From IMG/VR virus record IMGVR_UViG_3300037067_015653, positions 1,221 through 65,220 of that record: a stretch of 64,000 nucleotides of DNA, one strand, 5' to 3'. Positions 27,212 to 36,592 of the stretch are shown piece by piece. The first letter of the stretch is position 1. The number at the start of each line of letters is the position of its first letter. Position numbers and translations under genes: made by a program. Origin of the DNA: a virus. A model generated the notes under the pieces. The model was given only the letters and a program-made list of their open reading frames with translations. It was not told the origin of the DNA and did not search any database.

Positions 27212-28589
27212 AATCCTTACTTAACTTACTATCAATATAAGGTTTACCAATGGCTAAACATTGCAAAACAACTATTTCATTCATTGTTGAAAAATCATCT
27301 TCCCGGTTAACCAATAATGATAACCTGGTTATATTTCTTGCCTTTTCCGTTTTCTTTTGATTAATCCCAATCATTACAGCCACATGATTTATTTTTCGAA
27401 TATCTTCCGACATATCACCCTGTTTAATATCAGAATCAAAAGTCTTTTTATTTGTATGGGTAACCGTTATACCCAGACAATTCTTTTGTAGACAAAGGGC
27501 CCTTAATGATTCCCATTTATCATTAATATTGTCCCGATGTTGTCCAGATTTGTAATTAGATTTTATAATGTCAGCATAATCAAAAATAAGCACATCAGGA
27601 ACAAAATTTGAGTTAATGACTAAATTATCCAATATAGTAGAAATATCGTTAATGGTGAGCGAATTTGGGCCACTACAGAAGAGTTTTAAAGTACCTCCCT
27701 TAAGTATTTGTTTTATCGCTTTTATTTTATCTTTTACTCGTTTACTTTTTATTCCTTTTTTTTCTTTTTTCACACTCTTTATTTCAAATCGATCAGAATC
27801 ATTCTTTTCAAAAAAAGGAACCTCAATTTCTTTTTCTTTTTTTGTTTCACCACAAATATTCTGATAAATACGCAATAATACCCTTTGTTTATTCATTTCA
27901 AACGAAAAAAAAGCAACCCTTAAACCCTTAAGAGTTGCCTGAATTCCAGATTCTATTAACCAAAATGTCTTTCCTCTCTTAGCTGCCGAAGCAAATGCAA
28001 TCAAATCCCCCCGATATAACGGACCTATGACTTTTCCCAATTCCCCAGAATATCTAAATAATTCTTCATCTTCAAAATTCAAAATATCATCTACTACTTT
28101 CAAATCAGAAAAAACATCAGTATAATCATGAGTTGGAATTGATATTTTTTTATATTCATAAATTAATTTTTCGGCTTCATCTTCCTGACCATTTTTTGAA
28201 AACTCATCAATTTTAACTTTTAAATCATTTAATTTTAATTGTTTAAAATACTTTATGCTTTGATCAATTGCATATTGTTCATTAAAAATAGCTTCCCTTT
28301 GATAATTATTATTTATATGTAATAAAAAAGAATTAACTAATTTAATTATTTCTTGATCTAAATTTTTATTTTGTTTCCAAGATTCAAAAATATTTTGAAT
28401 ATTTTTATGAGGCGCTACATTATATTTTTTATAATAATCCAAGCACCAATTTGCAATAATTTGACAATAGTTTAATTTTAACAAACTAACATTAATTATA
28501 TTTGAAATAGTTAGTAAAAACTTATCAGAAACGATCATTGATGTAATAATTAACTTTTCTAAATTAGAATCAATTTTTTTTATTTCCAC
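27174..28589 (-). CDS. dnaB: DnaB-like replicative helicase
   Basis: ASAAKRGKT, FFSFEM, IFDYADI, SEDIRKINH. Confidence 0.88.
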   Translation of the reverse strand: MEIKKIDSNLEKLIITSMIVSDKFLLTISNIINVSLLKLNYCQIIANWCLDYYKKYNVAPHKNIQNIFESWKQNKNLDQEIIKLVNSFLLHINNNYQREAIFNEQYAIDQSIKYFKQLKLNDLKVKIDEFSKNGQEDEAEKLIYEYKKISIPTHDYTDVFSDLKVVDDILNFEDEELFRYSGELGKVIGPLYRGDLIAFASAAKRGKTFWLIESGIQATLKGLRVAFFSFEMNKQRVLLRIYQNICGETKKEKEIEVPFFEKNDSDRFEIKSVKKEKKGIKSKRVKDKIKAIKQILKGGTLKLFCSGPNSLTINDISTILDNLVINSNFVPDVLIFDYADIIKSNYKSGQHRDNINDKWESLRALCLQKNCLGITVTHTNKKTFDSDIKQGDMSEDIRKINHVAVMIGINQKKTEKARNITRLSLLVNREDDFSTMNEIVVLQCLAIGKPYIDSKLSKDCEEYFSKSYDKK

Positions 28590-28607
28590 AAGAAACCCTT
28601 TTAATTA

Positions 28608-28937
28608 TTAATTTTTACAATTTAATATTTTTTCAATTCTTTTTTCTTCCGAAACTTCATTAATAAATTCTGCTACTTTTCTAACTTCAATTAACAAATC
28701 CATTAAATCATTACATTTAAATTCACCCTCTTGACCCATTAACGCCAATCTTACTTTTCTTATATCTTGACTTACATTATGAAAATCATTCATGCATTCA
28801 TCTTCAGCCTCTGCAAGATGTCCAATAGCAATCCATATATGGTAAGGATAACCTTTAGCCGCTTCACTTACTAAAACAATTGCTTGGGATATGTGTTTAC
28901 TCACACAAAAAAGACAAGTTTCTCTCATTTTGATCAC
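28608..28937 (-). CDS. Hypothetical protein (CxxC, His-rich)
   Basis: RETCLFCVSKH...AIGHLAEAEDE. Confidence 0.65.
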   Translation of the reverse strand: MIKMRETCLFCVSKHISQAIVLVSEAAKGYPYHIWIAIGHLAEAEDECMNDFHNVSQDIRKVRLALMGQEGEFKCNDLMDLLIEVRKVAEFINEVSEEKRIEKILNCKN

Positions 28938-28939
28938 CT

Positions 28940-29422
28940 TTACCTACCCAAAATTTTTAAAATATTTGTTATATCTCTTTTCATAGCTTCTTTTTGAAAC
29001 TCAGAAAAGCTATCCGAAAAAGGAAAAACATTTACATCCCTATTTTTTATCATTTCTTCAACTGTAAATTCTTTGCATCCCACCATTATTTTTTCAGACG
29101 AAAAATAAAGTGTAAATTTTGACAAAGTAACATATAATTTATATCCATCTTTCCAAGTACCATATTCCCAAGTACCACCTTTCCAAATACCATTTTCCCA
29201 AATACCATTTTCCCAAGTACCATATTCCCAAGTACCACCTTTCCAAATACCACCTTTCCAAGTACCACCTTTCCAAATACCATCTTTCCAAATACCATTT
29301 TCCCAAATACCACCTTTCCAAATAATGTTTTCATTTTCATCAATCCAAATACTTTCATTTTCTATTATTGCTTTCTTTAACCATTCTGGATAATTTTCTT
29401 TTTCTAATTTTTTTATTTTCAC
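28940..29422 (-). CDS. W-x-x-G-x pentapeptide repeat protein
   Basis: 12 tandem WKGGI/WENGI/WEYGT units; AGGAG RBS. Confidence 0.75.
   Translation of the reverse strand: MKIKKLEKENYPEWLKKAIIENESIWIDENENIIWKGGIWENGIWKDGIWKGGTWKGGIWKGGTWEYGTWENGIWENGIWKGGTWEYGTWKDGYKLYVTLSKFTLYFSSEKIMVGCKEFTVEEMIKNRDVNVFPFSDSFSEFQKEAMKRDITNILKILGR
29141..29323. repeat. 15-bp tandem repeat (12 units) inside CDS
   Basis: Units like TGGAAAGGTGGTATT on minus strand. Confidence 0.9.
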
Positions 29423-29439
29423 TTCAATCTCCTCACAAT

Positions 29440-29471
29440 TATTATTATCTTTTTTACTACTTTTTGAAAAA
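29440..29471 (-). promoter_or_regulatory. Conserved phage promoter/operator motif, copy 2
   Basis: 31/32 identical to 24370-24401. Confidence 0.65.
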
Positions 29472-29476
29472 TTATT

Positions 29477-30943
29477 TTATTTTTTTTCTTTTTTTATTTT
29501 ATTTAAAATATCTTTTTTATCTTCTAAAAACATCAAATAAGAGGGACTATCTTTTGAAGCATTTTCTAAAATTTGATTTATTTCTCTTAATTGTTCTTTT
29601 AAACTTTTTTCTTTTACTTTTATTTTACCGGACTTTATTAACTCTTTTTCATGTAATAATCTCAATATTTTCATATCACAATTAAATAAATCTAAATCAA
29701 ATTCTTGTTTTAACCATTCACAAAACTTATTCCACCAAAAATCATTTTTAAACATTCTTACATCGGTTTGAAGTTTTTCCCAAACCTCCCTAGTATTTTT
29801 TATGAACCATATAAAATTATCAATAAATTTTTGAATAGATGAAGCAGTTTTAAACAAAAGTATATCCATTTCTATACGTGTATAATACTTATCTTCATAT
29901 GTAGATTTAATTTTTTCTTGATTAACTTCTTCTATTTTTTTCCACCAATCAGAAATGCCACTTATTAAAATATTATTTTCTTGAATAGTCCAATTAGACT
30001 TATCCGAAAACACTTCTTTTTTTAATAAATCTGTTAATTCTGGATAATCATCATCATTTAATTTAATCAAATCTTGTCTACATTTAGGAGGATTGTAGTA
30101 ACATTTTAAAAAAGCACTAGGACAACCATAAAGAGAAAAAAAAGCAGTTTCTAAAGACTTTTGTAATATTCTTTTTTTATCCTTTAATTCAAAAGGATAA
30201 TAACCATTCTCATATTGCAAAAACACATTTTCTAAACCTTTTATTATTTCTTGATCAGTATACTTATGATCTTCAATAGGTATATTATTTCTTTCTAATT
30301 CATCTATTTCTATACAAGTATTTTTTAAAAATACTCCTTTCTTTAGCCAACGATAATATTTATAAGCATTTTGAACTGTTTTGCTTTGTAAATTTTTATG
30401 TTTTGACGCGATCCGGGGGAGGCTGTTCCACATTTTTATTAAATTTAAGAATTCAATAGGGTAGTTTATTTCTTTTTTTTCTTCTTTCAAGTTTTCATTT
30501 TTCGAGGAGTTTTCTAACTCCTCCCGATTATTAATACTTAAAGCATTTAAATTATTAATACTTAAAGCATTTGTACTCGGGTTACCACTACTGCATTTTA
30601 GGAGGACTGGATTAGTTGTTTCTTGCTTTAAAATGTATCGTATTTTTATATAATATCCCTGTATTTTTCCATTGTTATTTTTGTTTATAATTTGTTCTAT
30701 TAACTTAAGTTCCATTAATATTTTTTTTGTTTTTCTCAAACGTCCATAACTCCAATGCAAGCCATTTTGAACATATTCATCAGTGCATTTAGGTTGATTT
30801 GTTTTTTGCCATTTTGCCGTATAATAATAAAAAGTATACAATGCTATTAGATCGGAAGGATTATCATGTTTCAAAAATAAATCTAAAATAGGTTTTGTCA
30901 AAATAATTAATTGATCTTCTAAAAATTCATGATTTTCATTCAT
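29477..30943 (-). CDS. Putative replication initiator/origin-binding protein
   Basis: wHTH-like N-terminus (LYTFYYYTAKWQKTNQP...KTKKILMELKLIE), low-complexity linker with direct repeat, upstream of dnaB. Confidence 0.55.
   Translation of the reverse strand: MNENHEFLEDQLIILTKPILDLFLKHDNPSDLIALYTFYYYTAKWQKTNQPKCTDEYVQNGLHWSYGRLRKTKKILMELKLIEQIINKNNNGKIQGYYIKIRYILKQETTNPVLLKCSSGNPSTNALSINNLNALSINNREELENSSKNENLKEEKKEINYPIEFLNLIKMWNSLPRIASKHKNLQSKTVQNAYKYYRWLKKGVFLKNTCIEIDELERNNIPIEDHKYTDQEIIKGLENVFLQYENGYYPFELKDKKRILQKSLETAFFSLYGCPSAFLKCYYNPPKCRQDLIKLNDDDYPELTDLLKKEVFSDKSNWTIQENNILISGISDWWKKIEEVNQEKIKSTYEDKYYTRIEMDILLFKTASSIQKFIDNFIWFIKNTREVWEKLQTDVRMFKNDFWWNKFCEWLKQEFDLDLFNCDMKILRLLHEKELIKSGKIKVKEKSLKEQLREINQILENASKDSPSYLMFLEDKKDILNKIKKEKK
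30527..30572. repeat. 22-bp direct repeat x2 (possible iteron)
   Basis: attattaatacttaaagcattt at 30527 and 30551. Confidence 0.7.
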
Positions 30944-31005
30944 TGTTTTTCCTTTTGTTTTGATTAAATTTTAAATTGGATTGGCTTTTCATAGATTTTC
31001 CAGAT

Positions 31006-31041
31006 AAAAAAAGCCGCTTTATGCTGGACTAAAAGCGGCTT
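31006..31041 (-). terminator. Intrinsic terminator/attenuator upstream of initiator
   Basis: AAGCCGCTTT/AAAGCGGCTT stem + U-tract. Confidence 0.78.
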
Positions 31042-31113
31042 CGAATGAATAAAAAAAATAAATTGGAAATTTAGAAGATCCAATCAACTTTTTCACCAGC
31101 AGTAATTATTTAT

Positions 31114-31142
31114 ATTATATTTTTTTAAAAAAAGGAAGTAAA
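31114..31142 (-). promoter_or_regulatory. sigma70-type promoter
   Basis: TTTACT-17bp-TATAAT. Confidence 0.65.
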
Positions 31143-31156
31143 AATTATAAAAAAAT

Positions 31157-31192
31157 AAAAAAGCTCATAGACATCTAGTAATATCTATGAGC
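31157..31192 (-). terminator. Intrinsic terminator at end of structural operon
   Basis: GCTCATAGA/TCTATGAGC stem + U-tract. Confidence 0.75.
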
Positions 31193-31242
31193 AAAGTAAG
31201 GATTTTTCTAAAATTGAAATCAAAAAAGAACTGTTGAATATC

Positions 31243-31272
31243 AATATAATATTTTTTTCATAATTTTGTCAA
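31243..31272 (-). promoter_or_regulatory. sigma70-type promoter
   Basis: TTGACA-18bp-TATATT. Confidence 0.5.
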
Positions 31273-31274
31273 TA

Positions 31275-32855
31275 TTAAACTGTAAAAGGAACAAAGCAAG
31301 ATATTTTATTTGTTACATCGGCATCAAGTGTATCCATGTAATCATTTCCTCCATTTGTAGCCTCAACTGAATATAATGAAGATCCATAAGAACAATTATG
31401 ATAACCTTCCGCAGTTCCTGCACCACTTACTGTGATTGTGTCAGTTTTACAACATGAAATTGGAGAACAACGCATAAACCCTCGGGCTTCTCCTCCAACT
31501 GATTGAACTGTATTAACAAAACATCCAGAAACTAAAACACCATCTTTAAACGCATAAGCATTATTAATTGCTCCAGTAGCATCAATCAAATAAACGACAC
31601 TACTTGTAACAAAAGAACAACTATCAAAACCATAAACATGATTAGTATTACTTGATAGATTTCTTGCTATTGATGAACTAATACTTTCACAAGTTGAAAA
31701 ACCGGAAACAATTCCCGCGCCTGTTGAGGAAATTGTTGATGCAATACAAGATGATAATCGAGATGAAATATTAAAGCCTATAGTTGCTCCAGCTCCACCA
31801 TTTGTGAATGATTTACTACTACAAGAACTTAATTCCGTACAATTTGTAAATCCTGTTATTAATCCTGAAGTGGATGTTAATACTTTAGCTGTACAACTTG
31901 ATAAATTAGTACAATCGCGAAAACCAAAAATAGTTCCTGAATCTGATGTTATATTATCAACTCTACAATTTGCTAATCTTTCACAAGTATAAAATCCATA
32001 AGCATTGTATAATCCTGAATTTACATCATAATAAGAACAATTATTTAAATTAGTACAATCATTAAATCCTCTGATAGATGTTCCGACTGAAGCAACAATA
32101 CAATTTGTTAAATAACAATCACTTAAATTATGACAATCATCAAATCCATGGATGTTTCCACCCGAATTAGTAATAGTATGAACAAAACAACCAACATATT
32201 TTGAATTAACCTTTCCATTTCCGTTGAATCCTAAAAAAGTTGATGATGATAAACGGTTAAATGTTTTACAATTAAAAAAACTAACATAATCAGCACTATT
32301 CAAAAATGATTGTGTTATTGCAGAGGCTACTGTTGCTAATCCAACAACACTCATATTATATAATGAACAATAATTAGTGTTAACGTTTAAATATCCTTGG
32401 GTATTTCCAAAATCAATAGATGTCCCATTTTCAGAAAAAAGAAGTTCACATTGATTTGTTTCAAGATATCCCCAGGTATCACCTCCACTTAATGGAGAAT
32501 TTGACCCAGCCATCTTAAAACCCCCGGAAAAAGTTTTAAAATAAACGGATTTATAAATATCTTTTATTCTATATCTGTTGGCGGAAACACGTTCTATTAT
32601 GTTATTAAATATGGGTTGACTACTTATTATTATATCAAAAGAAGTTGTTAATCTTTGAAATACAGATTTTAATTGATCCCTTGTATCTGTGCTTTTTGTT
32701 TTTAAATCTGATCCACCCCATTCGATAACATTGGCTAACTCTTCTTGCATGGTATTTAACCAGGCATCATTTACTGTTGTTCCTGGTGGTCCATCAGAAA
32801 ATAAATTTCTTCCTTGTGCATCTCTAACATAATTTGAACTTTCAATTCTATGCAT
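31275..32855 (-). CDS. Tail fibre/receptor-binding protein with Cys-rich beta-helix repeats
   Basis: Mu-like N-term (TTVNDAWLNTMQEELANVI); repeated GFxxCxxLSSC; start ATG 32855 coupled to upstream stop (TAATG). Confidence 0.8.
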   Translation of the reverse strand: MHRIESSNYVRDAQGRNLFSDGPPGTTVNDAWLNTMQEELANVIEWGGSDLKTKSTDTRDQLKSVFQRLTTSFDIIISSQPIFNNIIERVSANRYRIKDIYKSVYFKTFSGGFKMAGSNSPLSGGDTWGYLETNQCELLFSENGTSIDFGNTQGYLNVNTNYCSLYNMSVVGLATVASAITQSFLNSADYVSFFNCKTFNRLSSSTFLGFNGNGKVNSKYVGCFVHTITNSGGNIHGFDDCHNLSDCYLTNCIVASVGTSIRGFNDCTNLNNCSYYDVNSGLYNAYGFYTCERLANCRVDNITSDSGTIFGFRDCTNLSSCTAKVLTSTSGLITGFTNCTELSSCSSKSFTNGGAGATIGFNISSRLSSCIASTISSTGAGIVSGFSTCESISSSIARNLSSNTNHVYGFDSCSFVTSSVVYLIDATGAINNAYAFKDGVLVSGCFVNTVQSVGGEARGFMRCSPISCCKTDTITVSGAGTAEGYHNCSYGSSLYSVEATNGGNDYMDTLDADVTNKISCFVPFTV

Positions 32856-33436
32856 TAAGCCCCCCTTACTGCCCATTCTGGTTTAAAGTACCATTTTCCA
32901 ATTGCACTTGCTCCCATATCATCTGACCAAGCAATCATTCCTAATATTAATTGAGAATTTGTTGTTGGCGTTATTGTTATTGAACCAGGGGAACCCGAAG
33001 CAAGATAGATAGGTCTACCCAATTTTTGAGAAAATGTGGTTGAAAATCCAGAGTTATAAACAATCCCTTCTTTCAAAATAACTCCGGTTGAAATACCTGC
33101 GGCATAACTATCCATAGCTAAGGCAAGCCATCCAGTTTGAGCACTTGCAGAAACATTTGCTAAGCCCCATCCTCCCCCGCTTACATTGTAATATAATACG
33201 TTCATAAATGAGCAAGCGGAAAGAATTAGTTGACTGTATTCTTTCCAACCTTTCGCAGTTTTGTCCGTTGTTATGTATTTTGCTTGTGGTTGGGACCAAA
33301 AATCCCCTGGATTATTAAATTCATTTTCCATAACAGTAACAACAAAATCTCGTAAATCTTGTGGACTAATTTGTCCGGTAACATTGTCCGCAAATAATGC
33401 TAATATTTGTGCTAAAGTCCTTTGCGTGTCTGCCAA
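32855..33436 (-). CDS. Virion structural/fibre protein
   Basis: ALFADNVTGQISPQDLRDF N-term; GRPIYLAS.PGSIT capsid-fibre-like C-term. Confidence 0.6.
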   Translation of the reverse strand: MADTQRTLAQILALFADNVTGQISPQDLRDFVVTVMENEFNNPGDFWSQPQAKYITTDKTAKGWKEYSQLILSACSFMNVLYYNVSGGGWGLANVSASAQTGWLALAMDSYAAGISTGVILKEGIVYNSGFSTTFSQKLGRPIYLASGSPGSITITPTTNSQLILGMIAWSDDMGASAIGKWYFKPEWAVRGA

Positions 33437-33511
33437 AATAAACTCCTATACATGTAGCCATGTTCTTTTTTTCAAAATATCATTAATCGTAAATATGCTA
33501 ACAGCATATTT

Positions 33512-34306
33512 TTATGCTGGATGTTGAAATCCTATTTTTTGAAAAGCTTTTGATTGAAAACCACCACCGGAAGCACGATCAAAAGCGATATTAAATCCAT
33601 AACCAAAACCCCCAGTATAATTATGACCATAATAATCTGTATTATTTTCAAATCCATTTGAAAAACCAGAATCAAACGAATTATTAAGCCAAAAATTATC
33701 ATAATGAGGTTGTCTTAAAAAACCATTGGAAAAACCCCGATCAAAACCAACATTGTAAAAATCAAATAAGACATGAGTATGACCTGGTTTTATTTTATTT
33801 ATTTTTGCAATTAGTTTTGTTAAATCCACTTGTAAACTATCTATGATTGAATCAACATAAATATGAATTTTCCAATAAAAAATATTTTGTTGATCTCCAC
33901 AAGGATCTCCAGAACAGAAAACACCACTCCAAGCAGGTCTAAATTCCTCAATATAAATATGATATCCAAAAGCAAGACTAATTTCTTCAAAATAATTTTT
34001 ATCCTGTTGACCAACTTCTAATAATTTACTTTTTAATTCATTCCTTCTTAATTCAAAAGTTGGTTGTAATTCTTGACCTTCTTCCGGAATACCAAAATCT
34101 TTTTCATGTTCAATTATTAATTCAATAGTTGAATTCAATAATTTTTCGTTAATTAAATTTTCCGCTCTTTGATCAATTCGTGCTAATTCTTCTGACATTC
34201 CCCAAATAACTTTTGTTAATATGGAATTTTCATCTCTATTCCATAATTTCCCTTTCGGCAAGAGAGATTGTAAAAGTTTTCTATACTGTAAACTTGATCT
34301 AGCCAT
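33512..34306 (-). CDS. Baseplate wedge protein (Mu gp48/YmfQ-like) with FxxGF-repeat tail
   Basis: LQSLLPKGKLW, EELARID, KPGHT; follows baseplate J. Confidence 0.85.
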   Translation of the reverse strand: MARSSLQYRKLLQSLLPKGKLWNRDENSILTKVIWGMSEELARIDQRAENLINEKLLNSTIELIIEHEKDFGIPEEGQELQPTFELRRNELKSKLLEVGQQDKNYFEEISLAFGYHIYIEEFRPAWSGVFCSGDPCGDQQNIFYWKIHIYVDSIIDSLQVDLTKLIAKINKIKPGHTHVLFDFYNVGFDRGFSNGFLRQPHYDNFWLNNSFDSGFSNGFENNTDYYGHNYTGGFGYGFNIAFDRASGGGFQSKAFQKIGFQHPA

Positions 34307-35409
34307 TATATATAATCCTGAAAAGTAATTGTTCCCGGTACTTGTAATTGTTGAGTTGAAACAGATATATCATTTATAGGGTAAATTATTCTACATTTTT
34401 CTTCACCAGCCGCCGAAGTAATTGCTTCATAAAATTTACTTAATACGATTGTTCCTCCAGGAGCCGACTCATTTTTAATAACTTCATTTATTTTTGTTAT
34501 TACTGTTGCTCGAACTGTACTATTATTTGGGTATAATTGAATTGTTAGATCAACTGAATACGGTTGTAACTCAATAACAAAAAATCCAGGTTCAGCAGTA
34601 ACCGGAATACCAACATATTTTCCAATTGAATTATCAAGATGACTGATTAAAAAATTTCTGATCACTGTTCTTTCCGCTTCAGTTGGAAAAATACTTGTTG
34701 GATCATTATCTTTCACAAAAGCTAACCCTATTGTACCTATCCCTTGATATTCTGGAATGGCCCAAGCTCTTGTTATATTTCCTGAATATTGAATAGTCCA
34801 ATTTTCATAATCAATTGCAGTTCCCCCATGTGGAGGAAATCTTTTTCTATTTAGAATTTTTGTTCTGAATTGTTCGTCAGTATCTGCATCAACACCACCC
34901 TCAATACCTGTACCTATTACGGTAACCGTAGAATTAACACCTGGTATAGGACTAATGAAAGTTAAAATAACTCCAGTTAATTCATCAAAAATAGTTCCTG
35001 TTTCTTTTGCTTCAATGTCTATTGTTGCATTTCCCGCAACAATAGTTGTTGCAAATAAGACTTTGTATTTATTTCCCGTTGATGATTCTAATTCTGTATC
35101 AACTGGAATAATTACACCATTCGTACCTGTAGCTATTACTTGTCCTGTTGCTTTTTCACCATTTTCCGCAAAAATACCGTATTCGGCTCCATGTTTTTCT
35201 AATGTTTCACGATCAGCAGAACTAATAAATAATTGATCTTTTACAAACTCAATATAATCATATAATAAATGATTACTTCCCCCGTACACACGAGAGAAAA
35301 TTTTAAAAACAGATTTTTGTAAAAATGTTTGTGAATTATCAACTCGAATTACAAAATCATTTTCTATTCTGTTAATTATTTCCGTTAGACTTGGTCTATT
35401 ATATGGCAA
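34306..35409 (-). CDS. Baseplate J/Mu gp47 protein
   Basis: RPSLTEI, GGVDADTDEQFR, PPHGGTAIDYENW. Confidence 0.92.
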   Translation of the reverse strand: MPYNRPSLTEIINRIENDFVIRVDNSQTFLQKSVFKIFSRVYGGSNHLLYDYIEFVKDQLFISSADRETLEKHGAEYGIFAENGEKATGQVIATGTNGVIIPVDTELESSTGNKYKVLFATTIVAGNATIDIEAKETGTIFDELTGVILTFISPIPGVNSTVTVIGTGIEGGVDADTDEQFRTKILNRKRFPPHGGTAIDYENWTIQYSGNITRAWAIPEYQGIGTIGLAFVKDNDPTSIFPTEAERTVIRNFLISHLDNSIGKYVGIPVTAEPGFFVIELQPYSVDLTIQLYPNNSTVRATVITKINEVIKNESAPGGTIVLSKFYEAITSAAGEEKCRIIYPINDISVSTQQLQVPGTITFQDYI

Positions 35410-35868
35410 TTATAGCACCTCCATTTTCCAAAGATCGTCAAATTTTAATGTTATTACATTTTCAAAACTTTCATGAATTTTTACTTCATAAGTTAAAATA
35501 TTACTTTCAAGATTTCCTTGTCTTTCAACAAAGACCTCAATTTTTATTACTATCTCATCGTCAATCATCCATTGCAAACATTCTTCAATGTACTGTTTTG
35601 CTTTCACCAAAACATCAGGAGTTGTTTTTATTCGATCAAGTAACCATAATTTACTTCCAATTGGAGTTGGAGAAACTAAATCCCCCCACCAACCTCGTTT
35701 ATCGTTAGGATCATCGATTATATCGTCGTCACTGGCTCGTTTGTCTGTTAATATAGATATTAGTGCAGACGTAGCCAATCCTCTCTCACGTAACAAATCT
35801 CCATTATTTAATTGAAAATCCCCGGTAAGATTGTTTTTATCCCAAATTATTTTTATATCATCTGCCAT
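35410..35868 (-). CDS. Mu gp46-like baseplate protein
   Basis: LATSALISILTD, RGWWGD, GSKLWLL, LQWMIDD. Confidence 0.9.
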   Translation of the reverse strand: MADDIKIIWDKNNLTGDFQLNNGDLLRERGLATSALISILTDKRASDDDIIDDPNDKRGWWGDLVSPTPIGSKLWLLDRIKTTPDVLVKAKQYIEECLQWMIDDEIVIKIEVFVERQGNLESNILTYEVKIHESFENVITLKFDDLWKMEVL

Positions 35869-35869
35869 T

Positions 35870-36592
35870 TTAACCTGTCCTTGCTTTTTGTGATTCCGCT
35901 GCGCTTATATCAAAATTAATAGGTGAAGTTGGTATTGATGTTGGGGAACCTGGAGCCGCAGAAGTGTGTACATGTGCCATTATCATGATTAGAAAGGCAG
36001 TAATAGCAGCATTTAGTTCTGTATAAGTAACAAATTTCTTACTATTTCCATTTATATCTACATTCACACCATTCATTTTTATTGTATTGCTATTTTTATC
36101 TGTTATTTCTATTCCCGTATTTTTCATATCAATTTTATTATTATTTTTGTCCAAAATAACTATTCCAGAATTATCAATTTTGATGTTATTTCCGTCAAAA
36201 GTAGAAATTTCAATTTCATTGTTTACAGGTTTTAACCAAATTCTATTTTTATTTGTCTTTCCACTGTCATTCGTATATATGCAGACATCTCCTTTATTCA
36301 AGTCCGTAGGTCTTAATCCTCGATTATTGACAACTATATTAATCCCTTTGGTTGCATTTCGGTTACCATTGATGAATAATGTAATTGTTTCTGAATTTGG
36401 GATATTAGGATAATTTTCAAATCCATATTCTTGATATCGTTCTATATCTGAAATTGTTTCATTAGCAAAATTTGAAATTTGAATTGTCTGAATTTGAGAA
36501 TTTGAATTATCAACGGCTAATAATCTACCCCTGGAAACTAATAAAAATATTTTTTTAAGAATTGTGTTAAAAATTCCTCTTTCAAATAACAT
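35870..36592 (-). CDS. Baseplate spike (Mu gp45/gpV-like)
   Basis: ERYQEYGF, RPTDLNKGDV, terminal HVH. Confidence 0.85.
   Translation of the reverse strand: MLFERGIFNTILKKIFLLVSRGRLLAVDNSNSQIQTIQISNFANETISDIERYQEYGFENYPNIPNSETITLFINGNRNATKGINIVVNNRGLRPTDLNKGDVCIYTNDSGKTNKNRIWLKPVNNEIEISTFDGNNIKIDNSGIVILDKNNNKIDMKNTGIEITDKNSNTIKMNGVNVDINGNSKKFVTYTELNAAITAFLIMIMAHVHTSAAPGSPTSIPTSPINFDISAAESQKARTG

Noticed and set aside
29086-29358. Overlapping repeat ORFs in the other two minus frames, or a CRISPR-like array
   Set aside because: By-product of a stop-free 15-bp tandem repeat; no spacers, RBS or cas genes
31275-32855. Diversity-generating retroelement or invertible tail-fibre cassette
   Set aside because: No reverse transcriptase, invertase or template/variable repeat pair seen in the window
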